Shown one piece after another: positions 39,104 to 46,920 of a DNA stretch of 64,000 nucleotides; positions within the stretch are counted from its first letter, which is position 1; each line of letters begins with the position of its first letter. The stretch covers positions 177,714-241,713 of the forward strand of contig NZ_SELT01000002.1 in NCBI RefSeq assembly GCF_004361065.1, written 5' to 3'. The notes under the pieces are model-generated. The model saw only the letters and a program-made list of their open reading frames with translations, searched no databases and was not told where the DNA came from. Made by a program: the position numbers and the translations under genes. This DNA comes from Cognatilysobacter terrigena. Lineage in GTDB: Bacteria; Pseudomonadota; Gammaproteobacteria; Xanthomonadales; Xanthomonadaceae.

Positions 39104-40178
39104 TCTCGTTGCTGCCACACCCGCCGCTGGATTGGATGCCGCCACGCTGCGGGCCATGGACCTGCAGCCCGCGGACGCCGAAGCGATCGAGAGCCTGCGC
39201 GCGGCGCTCGCCGCCCAGCCCGTAACGGACCTGCAGGGTTATGGACGAGACGCCTCATTGCGTACGACGCAGTTCTCCAGCCAATTGCTCGATCAGGTTC
39301 GCAACAAGGATCTCGACGATGCAGGCGTCAAGCTCGGTGAGGTCGTCCGAATCGCGCGATCATTGAACCTGCAGAAGTTCGCCGGGCGGTCGAAGGTACC
39401 GGTCATCGGACCGTTGATCGACCGCATGCGCGACGCGAAGGGCGAGCTGGTGCAGAAGTTCAGCAGCACCAACCAGCAGATCGACCAGCTGATGCGCGAC
39501 CTCTCGCGCCAGCAGGACGATCTCGGCAAGCGCGTACGCGACTTCGACCGCATGCACGACATCGTGCTCGAGGAACGCCATCAGCTGGGTGTGCACGTGG
39601 CCGCGGGCAAGCTCCGTCTCGCCGAACTCGACGAAGCGCGTCGTGCACTCGATGGGCTGGAGGATGCGGAGTCGCGGACCCGTCGGTCCGAACTCGAGAT
39701 GGCGATCCGGCTACTCGACAAGCGCGTTGGCGATCTTCAACTCATGCGGCATGCCGCGGAGCAGACGCTGCCGATGATTCGTCTGATTCAGGCGAACTCG
39801 ATGCAGCTTATCGAGAAGTTCGGCTCGGTGCGCGACATCACCATCCCCGCGTGGAAGCGGAGTTTCGCGCTTCAACTGTCACTCAACGAGCAGCAGAACG
39901 CGGTGCAGCTGGCCACCGCCATCGACGACGCCACCAACGAGCTCATGCGGCGCAATGCCGACCTGCTTCGCGAGAACTCCGTAGCGACCGCACGCGCCAA
40001 CCAGCGCGGCGTGATCGACATCGAGACGCTGCAGCACGTGCATGAGCAGCTGATCCAGACGGTCGAGGATGTCCGCCAGATCCATCGGGAAGGTGCCGAA
40101 AAGCGTCACCAGGCCGAGCAGGACCTCGCGCGCATGCGCGACGATGTCCAAAAGCGGCTCGCGGCGCCAAACGTATGA
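39084..40178 (+). CDS. telA: Toxic anion resistance protein TelA (KlaA/TelA family)
   Basis: 364 aa; full-length TelA hallmarks (..LDQVRNKDLDDAGVKLGEVVRIARSL...; TLPMIRLIQANSMQLIEKFGSVRDITIPAWKRSF). Confidence 0.85.
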   Translation: MTAPTHDLVAATPAAGLDAATLRAMDLQPADAEAIESLRAALAAQPVTDLQGYGRDASLRTTQFSSQLLDQVRNKDLDDAGVKLGEVVRIARSLNLQKFAGRSKVPVIGPLIDRMRDAKGELVQKFSSTNQQIDQLMRDLSRQQDDLGKRVRDFDRMHDIVLEERHQLGVHVAAGKLRLAELDEARRALDGLEDAESRTRRSELEMAIRLLDKRVGDLQLMRHAAEQTLPMIRLIQANSMQLIEKFGSVRDITIPAWKRSFALQLSLNEQQNAVQLATAIDDATNELMRRNADLLRENSVATARANQRGVIDIETLQHVHEQLIQTVEDVRQIHREGAEKRHQAEQDLARMRDDVQKRLAAPNV

Positions 40179-40861
40179 TCGCGTTGGACGACCTGGACCG
40201 GCTGCTGCGCGAATCCGCCGCCGACGGACGCCTCGACCACGACGAACGTCTGGAACTGCGCGACATCGGCCAACAGGCGACCGCCGATCAGGTCCGTTTC
40301 CTGCGCAATCGCGCGTTCGATATCGCACGCGAGTCGATGCGGGCTGATGCGACGACGGCGCTCGATGTGCTGCGCTGGTTGGAGCAGGTGGTGAAGACGC
40401 TGGAGGTCGCTGCGATCGGTGCGAGCGCGGCGACGACGGCCTTCTTCTCGCCCGGGGATGCGTGCCTGCGGCAGCTGCAGTCGCTGTGGTCGAATGCCAA
40501 GCGCTCGGCCGATGCGTGCGTGTTCACCATTGCGGACGATCGCATCACGCGCGTCATTCTGGACGCGCATCGCCGCGGCGTAACGGTGCGGATCGTCAGC
40601 GACGACGACAAACGTTTCGACACGGGCAGTGATCTGGACGAGCTAGTTGTGGCCGGAGTTTCGGTGCGCACCGATGCCACGCCGTATCACATGCATCACA
40701 AATTCGCGGTTTTTGATGGCGCGACTGTGGCGAACGGCAGTTTCAACTGGACGCGTAGCGCGAGCTCGAACAACTTCGAGAATCTTGTCGTCAGCAGCGA
40801 TCCGTACCTGGCGCGTGTGTTCGCGGGCCATTTCGAGACGCTCTGGAGTCGCTTCGCGTAA
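40175..40861 (+). CDS. Phospholipase D/Nuc-like HKD domain protein (single HKD motif) with helical N-terminal extension
   Basis: HxKxxxxD...GSxN motif present: MHHKFAVFDGATVANGSFNWT. ATGA overlap with telA. Confidence 0.75.
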   Translation: MIALDDLDRLLRESAADGRLDHDERLELRDIGQQATADQVRFLRNRAFDIARESMRADATTALDVLRWLEQVVKTLEVAAIGASAATTAFFSPGDACLRQLQSLWSNAKRSADACVFTIADDRITRVILDAHRRGVTVRIVSDDDKRFDTGSDLDELVVAGVSVRTDATPYHMHHKFAVFDGATVANGSFNWTRSASSNNFENLVVSSDPYLARVFAGHFETLWSRFA

Positions 40862-41106
40862 TCGCTGTCGGTCGGCACGGGCAAATCTTGCGCCGACGGC
40901 AGCGCCGCCGTGGTGTCTAGCCTCGTTCATCGCATGCGCCTTGCGGATGGTGGCGGAGGGCCGATGTCGACGAGGCTCGCGCACTCTTGACGGACTGCAA
41001 GCGGCAATATGCCTTGGCGCCTCAATCGCAGGCGTTGTTTGGAGCGATGTCAGCCGCGGCGCCGGTCCTCGAGTCGGGCGGGAGGGCCGGCGCACGTGGG
41101 CAGCGA

Positions 41107-41349
41107 TCAGCCGATGGCGTGCGTCTGACGGATCTTCGTGATGCGTGCGGCGACTGTCGGGTCGAGCTGCGTTTGCTCGGCCTGCTTGAAAATGCTCTGC
41201 AGAACCCGCTTTTCGTCTTCGTCGTACGTGCCGTCGCGTTCTGCGAGTTCGAGCAGCTTGTCGAGTTCCGCGTGGTCGAGCAGACCATCGTTGGTGAACA
41301 GGGGGATCGAGGCGAGGGCGACGTCGAGATGGCTGCGGGACGATGGCAT
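41107..41349 (-). CDS. Hypothetical small acidic protein, possibly TerB-like
   Basis: 80 aa; LFTNDGLLDHAELDKLLELAERDGTYDEDEKRVLQSIF resembles TerB/DjlA-N-type helical domains. Confidence 0.35.
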   Translation of the reverse strand: MPSSRSHLDVALASIPLFTNDGLLDHAELDKLLELAERDGTYDEDEKRVLQSIFKQAEQTQLDPTVAARITKIRQTHAIG

Positions 41350-41681
41350 GAGTTCGAGCTCAGCGTGCGATGGAAAGCGCGAAGATAGAGCTTCGTAGTG
41401 CTGTTGTCGCCTGCTTGCCCAATGACGGGAATGCACGCGCCGGCGCGTGCAGATGTTTGCTCGCCGGAGCGGAACCGGACGGTCGGCGGTCGTAGGTGCG
41501 CTGGCTTGTTGCAATGTGGGGGTGGGCTGTGACGTGCGTGCGTCCAGCGGTTTTTCGTCGGCCGGCCGGTCGACGCCGTGGATGCAGCGCACTGAGGCGC
41601 ACCTACTGGCACGGCCGATCGACGTCGCCGGGCCCGGGCTGGTCAATCAACTGCCCCAAAGACGAGGCGCTCGCCGGGCAC

Positions 41682-41705
41682 AAAAAAGCCCGCGCAGTGG
41701 CGGGC
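41682..41705 (-). terminator. Rho-independent terminator downstream of tRNA-Met
   Basis: On the minus strand, GCCCGC-CACTGC-GCGGGC hairpin followed by TTTTTT. Confidence 0.7.
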
Positions 41706-41710
41706 GTAGA

Positions 41711-41787
41711 TGGTGGCTATGGGTGGACTCGAACCACCGACCCCAGCATTATGAGTGCTGTGCTCTAACCGGCTGAGCTACATAGCC
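41711..41787 (-). tRNA. tRNA-Met (anticodon CAT), elongator type
   Basis: Minus-strand sequence GGCTATGTAGCTCAGCCGGTTAGAGCACAGCACTCATAATGCTGGGGTCGGTGGTTCGAGTCCACCCATAGCCACCA folds as a canonical cloverleaf. 7-bp acceptor with G1-C72, encoded CCA. Close to E. coli elongator tRNA-Met. Confidence 0.9.
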
Positions 41788-41930
41788 ATGCGGTGAACCG
41801 CGAATTCTTCCGGTTCGGCCGCTCACTGTCAACGGCTGCAGCGCCTACACCGCGTTCGCTTGTTGTCGACCGCCCCCCGTGGCAGAGTCGATCGCAGTGG
41901 CTTCGTGCCTAAGCGATCGAGGTCCGCATC

Positions 41931-42539
41931 GTGATCGATCCGGACGGCTACCGCCCCAACGTGGGCATCGTGATCATGAATGCCGACGGCCAGGTGTTCT
42001 GGGCTCGGCGTGTCCATCGCGATGGCTGGCAGTTCCCGCAGGGCGGGATGAACACCGACGAGACGCCGCTCGAGGCGATGTATCGCGAGCTGCGTGAAGA
42101 GACCGGGCTGCTGCCGGAGCACGTCGACGTGCTGGCCGCGACGCCCGGCTGGCTTCGCTATCGGCTCCCGCAGCGTGCGATCCGTCGCCGCGACCGGCTG
42201 GTCTGCATCGGCCAGAAGCAGGTGTGGTTCCTGCTGCACCTCAAGGGCGCGGAGTCGGAAGTCCGCTTGGATCTGACCGAGAAGCCCGAATTCGACCACT
42301 GGCGCTGGGTCGACTTCTGGTACCCACTGGACCACGTCGTGACGTTCAAGCGCGGCGTCTACTCGCGGGCGTTGCGGCATCTCGCGCCCACCGCCCGCCA
42401 GCTGGCGGGCGCCACAGCGATCCCGACGCCGGTGCCTGATCCGTACGACAACCGCGGCGTCCGCTCGCCGCGACGGCCCCGCCCGCGCTCCGGCGGCTAC
42501 GGGCAGCCGGTCGGGGCCTCCGAACCCGCATCTAATTGA
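41931..42539 (+). CDS. rppH: RNA pyrophosphohydrolase (Nudix)
   Basis: [21 protein letters not shown]...[28 protein letters not shown] has the Nudix box GGx5Ex7REuxEEtG. Typical RppH length and basic C-tail. Confidence 0.85.
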   Translation: MIDPDGYRPNVGIVIMNADGQVFWARRVHRDGWQFPQGGMNTDETPLEAMYRELREETGLLPEHVDVLAATPGWLRYRLPQRAIRRRDRLVCIGQKQVWFLLHLKGAESEVRLDLTEKPEFDHWRWVDFWYPLDHVVTFKRGVYSRALRHLAPTARQLAGATAIPTPVPDPYDNRGVRSPRRPRPRSGGYGQPVGASEPASN

Positions 42540-42553
42540 CAATCATTCTCATT
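42534..42553 (+). promoter_or_regulatory. Candidate Fur box upstream of bfd-bfr
   Basis: TTGACAATCATTCTCATTCG; GACAATCATTCTC matches 11 of 13 positions of the Fur consensus half GATAATCATTATC. Confidence 0.5.
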
Positions 42554-42594
42554 CGTGTTGGACTAGGGGCGTCCCATCGATCGTCCCGGCCCCC

Positions 42595-42801
42595 ATGTAC
42601 GTGTGCATCTGCAACGGCGTCACTGATCGCGACATCCGCCAAGCGGCGGAGTCCGGTTGCCGCAGCATGTCGGAGCTGACGATGCGCACCGGCGCGGGTG
42701 CCACCTGCGGCAGCTGCATCGAGATGGCGACGTCGATCCTCGACGAAACGACGGCGCGCCTAGAAGCATTGCCGCTTCCGGTGCTCTCGATCGCGGCCTG
42801 A
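42595..42801 (+). CDS. bfd: Bacterioferritin-associated ferredoxin (BFD-like [2Fe-2S] domain)
   Basis: 68 aa, MYVCICNGVTDRDIRQA...GATCGSC, with the four Cys spaced as in Bfd. Confidence 0.85.
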   Translation: MYVCICNGVTDRDIRQAAESGCRSMSELTMRTGAGATCGSCIEMATSILDETTARLEALPLPVLSIAA

Positions 42802-42881
42802 CCTCAACGCAGGCGATTCGCATTACGCCGTAGCGCGTCGGGCCGGTTTAGAGTGCCCGCTCCGCGTCACGGAGCCGGCCC

Positions 42882-43352
42882 ATGAAGGGCGATGCCAAGG
42901 TCATCGAGTTTCTCAATCGCGCGCTCTACAACGAGCTGACCGCGATCAACCAGTACTTCCTGCACGCCAAGATGCTGAAGAACTGGGGTCTGAAGGAACT
43001 CGCGGAGCACGAGTACCACGAGTCGATCGACGAGATGAAGCATGCGGACAAGTTGTCCGAGCGCATCCTCTTCCTCGACGGGCTGCCGAACTTCCAGGCG
43101 CTGGGCAAGCTGCGCATCGGCGAGAATCCGCGCGAACTGCTCGGCTGCGACCTCGCGCTTGAATACGAGGCGTTGCCGCTGCTGCGCGAGGCGATCGCGT
43201 ATTGCGAGCAGGTGCAGGACTACGTCAGCCGCCAGCTGTTCGCGGACATCCTCGAATCCGAGGAAGAACACATCGACTGGATCGAGACGCAGCTCGCGTT
43301 GATGGATCGCCTCGGCGACGCGCTCTACCTGCAGTCGAAGATCGAAGGCTGA
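42882..43352 (+). CDS. bfr: Bacterioferritin
   Basis: 156 aa; [31 protein letters not shown]...; ferroxidase ligands and haem-binding Met52 context are conserved. Confidence 0.95.
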   Translation: MKGDAKVIEFLNRALYNELTAINQYFLHAKMLKNWGLKELAEHEYHESIDEMKHADKLSERILFLDGLPNFQALGKLRIGENPRELLGCDLALEYEALPLLREAIAYCEQVQDYVSRQLFADILESEEEHIDWIETQLALMDRLGDALYLQSKIEG

Positions 43353-43358
43353 TCGCGG

Positions 43359-43955
43359 CTAGGCGGCCGGGCGCGGGCTTCCGAAGCCGCGCCGCATCAC
43401 GCCGCGCACCCGTCGCCACAACCATGCGAGCGCAAGCGCGACGAGCAGGCTGATCGCGAGCACCAGCACGAACGCCGCCACCGGATGCGCGATCAATAGC
43501 GCGAGCAGGCCGATCGTGGCGGTGTCCTCGCCCAGCGATGCGCCCCAGTTGGTAACCGGCTCCGGCGAGATGTTGAGGAGCGCGCGCGTGCCGGACTTGA
43601 GGCCGTGACTGGCCAGCGCGACGCCCGCGCCCGTCGCCAGCGCACCTGCACCGAGATGCCCATCGGGCGATAGCGCGGCCGCAGCGAGGAACGCGCCGAC
43701 CGGCACACGCAGCAGCGTGTGCACCAGATCCCACGCCGAATCCACGCCGGGGATCTTGTCGGCGAAGAATTCGACCAGCGCGAGCAGGCCGGCGACGCCG
43801 ATCACCCACGGGGACTGCGCCGCCTGCAGCGCGGGCGGGAGGTCGAGCCAGCCGAGCGCGCCGGCAAGGCCGACGCCGAACACCGTCAGGTAGACGCGGA
43901 TTCCAGCGAGCCAGGCGAGGACCAGGCCTAGCGCGAACAGCGGGGCATCGGACAT
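43359..43955 (-). CDS. DUF4126 family membrane protein
   Basis: 198 aa, multi-TM. Start chosen at MSDAPLFALGLVLAWLAG; the upstream in-frame extension lacks coding character. Confidence 0.6.
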   Translation of the reverse strand: MSDAPLFALGLVLAWLAGIRVYLTVFGVGLAGALGWLDLPPALQAAQSPWVIGVAGLLALVEFFADKIPGVDSAWDLVHTLLRVPVGAFLAAAALSPDGHLGAGALATGAGVALASHGLKSGTRALLNISPEPVTNWGASLGEDTATIGLLALLIAHPVAAFVLVLAISLLVALALAWLWRRVRGVMRRGFGSPRPAA

Positions 43956-44050
43956 GGGGGAGTCTCCGGAGCGCCGCTGCCATGGAACGGCCGGCCGTGT
44001 CGACGTGGCGTGGGCATACTGCAGCCACTGCCGCTTCGCCCAAGGCTGCC

Positions 44051-44740
44051 ATGACGCCCCGACCGACGCCATCCGCCGTCGCCCGCACCGGTTTCGGACT
44101 GGTCGCGGCGCTGTTCGTCTTCCTGCTGGCCCTGCTGTTCGGCGCCTGGGGCGTATGGCAGGTCGCGCGCACGTCGCACGCCTCGCCCTGCGACCCGCAC
44201 GCCACCGACGCGCTCACGCAGCGCGTCGCGACGCTGGAGCGCTCCGACCAGGTCAGCCGCGCGGCCAATACCAAGCTGCAGTCGACCCTCGCCGAGCGCG
44301 AGGAGCAGATCGCGCAGCTCAAGGCCGACGTCGACTTCTACGAGCGGCTCGTCGGTGCGACGGGCCAGCGCCACGGCCTCAGCGTGCACGCGCTGCAACT
44401 GCATCGGCAGCCCGGCGGGGCGTGGCACTTCAGCGCCGTGCTGACGCAGAACCTCGATCGTGCGGCGGTCAGCACCGGCACCCTGACGCTTGCGATCGAA
44501 GGCAGCCGGCAAGGCGAGCTCGAGACGCTCGACTGGCCGACGCTGCGCCAGCAGGCGAACGCGGCGGGCGCGCCGTACTCGTTCCGCTACTTCCAGCAGG
44601 TCGACGGCGACGTGTTCCTGCCGGCCGGGTTCACGCCCGCGCGCATCAACGTGCGCCTGCAGCCGCGCGGCGGCGCGGTCGTCGAGCATGCGGTGACCTG
44701 GGCCGAGGCGACCGGGAACACCACCGCGGCGACGCGTTGA
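44051..44740 (+). CDS. Hypothetical membrane-anchored protein
   Basis: One N-terminal TM helix ([23 protein letters not shown]), coiled-coil segment, C-terminal beta-rich domain. Start assigned at the internal Met before the TM. Confidence 0.45.
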   Translation: MTPRPTPSAVARTGFGLVAALFVFLLALLFGAWGVWQVARTSHASPCDPHATDALTQRVATLERSDQVSRAANTKLQSTLAEREEQIAQLKADVDFYERLVGATGQRHGLSVHALQLHRQPGGAWHFSAVLTQNLDRAAVSTGTLTLAIEGSRQGELETLDWPTLRQQANAAGAPYSFRYFQQVDGDVFLPAGFTPARINVRLQPRGGAVVEHAVTWAEATGNTTAATR

Positions 44741-44798
44741 ACGCAGCGTCGCGGCCTTGTTGGCCGGGCGTTGCGCCACCCGCTGGTATCCTGAGCGC

Positions 44799-45173
44799 AT
44801 GGAAATGATCGACCTGCCGACGGCGCCGGGCTACCAGTCGCTCGAGCGGCCGCTGGTGTTCACCTCTGCCGCCGCGGCGAAGGTGCGCCAGCTCATCGAG
44901 GAAGAAGGCAACGACGCCCTCAGCCTTCGCGTCTACATCCGGGGCGGCGGCTGCTCGGGCTTCCAGTACGGCTTCGAGTTCGACGAAGAACGCGCCGAGG
45001 ACGACCTCGCGGTCGAGACCGATGGCGTCACGCTCGTCGTCGATCCGCTGAGCCTGCAGTACCTGATGGGCGCGGAAGTCGACTACACTGAATCGCTGCA
45101 TGGCGCGCAGTTCGTGATCCGCAATCCGAACGCGAAGACCACCTGCGGCTGCGGATCCTCGTTCTCCGCATGA
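44799..45173 (+). CDS. erpA: Iron-sulfur cluster insertion protein ErpA (HesB/IscA A-type carrier)
   Basis: [14 protein letters not shown]...CGCGSSF with the three conserved Cys. Confidence 0.9.
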   Translation: MEMIDLPTAPGYQSLERPLVFTSAAAAKVRQLIEEEGNDALSLRVYIRGGGCSGFQYGFEFDEERAEDDLAVETDGVTLVVDPLSLQYLMGAEVDYTESLHGAQFVIRNPNAKTTCGCGSSFSA

Positions 45174-46081
45174 CGTCCCCATCCGACGCGCCGTATTCGC
45201 TCGTCGGAGACGCCACGTGCCTTGCGCCGCTGGATCGCGCGGAACACCTGCGCGGGGATGCGGGGGCGCTGTCGATGCTGTGGATCAACGGCTGCGTGCT
45301 TCGCCTCGACGGCGAAGGACGCGCGGCGGTCGATGCATCGGGCGATCCGGTCATCGAGCGTGGCGACGCGCGACCCGAATCGCCGAGCGATGCCTATTTC
45401 CTTGGACTCGACGCAGCCGGTCGCGGCTGGTTCGCGCTGACGCATGCCGATCTCGGCGATGCGCGCGTCGACCTGCGCACGGCGGCCGCGTCGTGGCCTG
45501 CGGTGGCAGCGAGCGCGTTCGCGACGGCGCATGCGCTGCACCACTGGCATCTGCGCAACCGCTATTGCGGCAGTTGCGGCGGCGAAGTCGAGTTCGTGCG
45601 CGCGGGCTGGCTCGGCCGTTGCCTGCGCTGCACGCGCGAGCACTATCCGCGCGTGGATCCGGCGGTGATCGTCGCGGTCGGCAACGGTTCGCGGCTTCTG
45701 CTCGGACGCCAGGCGGCGTGGCCGCCGCGCCGGCATTCGGTGATCGCGGGATTCGTCGAGCCCGGCGAAACGCTCGAGCACGCCGTCGCGCGTGAAGTGA
45801 TGGAAGAGACCGGGGTGCGCGTGCTCGGCTGCCGTTATCTCGGCTCGCAGCCGTGGCCGTTCCCGACGTCGCTGATGATCGGTTTCATCGCGGCGGCGGA
45901 ACCGGGGGACGTGCGCAGCAGCGACGAACTCGAAGATGCCCGCTGGTTCGAACGCGAGGAGATCCTCGCTGCGCTTGCCGCCGAAGAACGCGGCGAAACC
46001 GACGATGCGCCGCTGCTCATGCCGTCGAGGGTTTCGATCGCGCACTGGCTCGTGCGCGAGTGGTTGGCCGCGACGGCCTGA
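45170..46081 (+). CDS. nudC: NAD+ diphosphatase (NADH pyrophosphatase), Nudix with zinc ribbon
   Basis: Zinc ribbon CGSCGG...CLRC. Nudix box [31 protein letters not shown] overlap with erpA. Confidence 0.85.
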   Translation: MTSPSDAPYSLVGDATCLAPLDRAEHLRGDAGALSMLWINGCVLRLDGEGRAAVDASGDPVIERGDARPESPSDAYFLGLDAAGRGWFALTHADLGDARVDLRTAAASWPAVAASAFATAHALHHWHLRNRYCGSCGGEVEFVRAGWLGRCLRCTREHYPRVDPAVIVAVGNGSRLLLGRQAAWPPRRHSVIAGFVEPGETLEHAVAREVMEETGVRVLGCRYLGSQPWPFPTSLMIGFIAAAEPGDVRSSDELEDARWFEREEILAALAAEERGETDDAPLLMPSRVSIAHWLVREWLAATA

Positions 46082-46495
46082 TCAGCCTGGGGCGAGCGCC
46101 TTGAACGGCGCGTAGGGCAGGTTGCGCAGCACGCCGAAGACGAGCGCGGCGACGATCCACGCGCGGCCGTTGAATGCGATTCGGCGAATCACGCCGTCGA
46201 GCAGGCGCCGACGCATGAGCTGTTCGAGCGCATAGGTCGCGAGCACCGGCAGACCGATCAGCGCGAGCACGTTCATCGATGCGGCGCTGGCGATGTCGCC
46301 GTGGACGAGCGCGTGGAGCATGCGCGTCATGCCGCAGCCCGGGCAGTAGAGCCCGGTGAATGCGCGGAACAGGCAGCCCGGGAACGGACTGCCTGCCGCG
46401 TTCGGATCGAAACGATAGAGCAGGGCGACACCCGCGACCGCCGCCGCGCCGAGCGCGACGACGATCGTATTGCGGCGGGCGTCGGACGCGATCAA
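46082..46495 (-). CDS. DUF2752 domain protein
   Basis: 137 aa with CPGCGMTR motif. Only plausible start is TTG overlapping the upstream gene's TGA (TTGA). Confidence 0.55.
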   Translation of the reverse strand: MIASDARRNTIVVALGAAAVAGVALLYRFDPNAAGSPFPGCLFRAFTGLYCPGCGMTRMLHALVHGDIASAASMNVLALIGLPVLATYALEQLMRRRLLDGVIRRIAFNGRAWIVAALVFGVLRNLPYAPFKALAPG

Positions 46496-46857
46496 CGGCC
46501 CTGCATCCGTTCGATCTGCTGCAGGCGCTCGGTGTAGCTCGCCATGCCGCCGGTGGCCATCATGCCGATGTTGATGAGCAGGCCGAGGGCGCACAGGCCG
46601 GTCGCGATCCAGCACCACAGCCTGGCGGAGTCGGACGAACGCTTCGCCTCGGCGAAATCGCCGCGATCGAGCGCGCTGTTGACCTTGCTCGCGAACACGA
46701 TGCCGACGATGCCCGGCACGGTGCCGACGATGCAGCAGAAGCAGAGCGAGGCGATGGTGACGATGATCGCCCACACCATGTAGTTGGGCGTCGGAACACC
46801 ACCGGCCTGCGGGGGCATCGGCGACGGGGGCGGCATAACGGGCGGCGGCGTGCTCAT
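46492..46857 (-). CDS. CD225/dispanin family membrane protein (proline-rich N-terminus)
   Basis: 121 aa. Pro-rich MSTPPPVMPPPSPMPPQAGGVP, then NYMVWAIIVTIASLCFCCIVGTVPGIVGIVFASKVNSALDRGDFAEAKRSS, typical of the CD225 fold. Confidence 0.7.
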   Translation of the reverse strand: MSTPPPVMPPPSPMPPQAGGVPTPNYMVWAIIVTIASLCFCCIVGTVPGIVGIVFASKVNSALDRGDFAEAKRSSDSARLWCWIATGLCALGLLINIGMMATGGMASYTERLQQIERMQGR

Positions 46858-46920
46858 GGTGCGTCCTTGGTCAGGGGTCGAGGAAAAAACGTACGGTCGG
46901 GGATGCTAGCAGCGGGCCGC

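Noticed and set aside
28257-41787. Mobile genomic island call for the tRNA-Met-adjacent array
   Set aside because: No integrase, recombinase, transposase or flanking direct repeats were found, and GC content equals the surrounding chromosome. Reported only as a positional observation, not as a mobile_element feature.
43352-43385. Possible bidirectional terminator between bfr and the DUF4126 gene
   Set aside because: GGCGCGGGCTTCCGAAGCCGCGCC forms an imperfect stem, but there is no U-tract on either strand and it overlaps the 3' codons of the minus-strand gene. Too weak to call.
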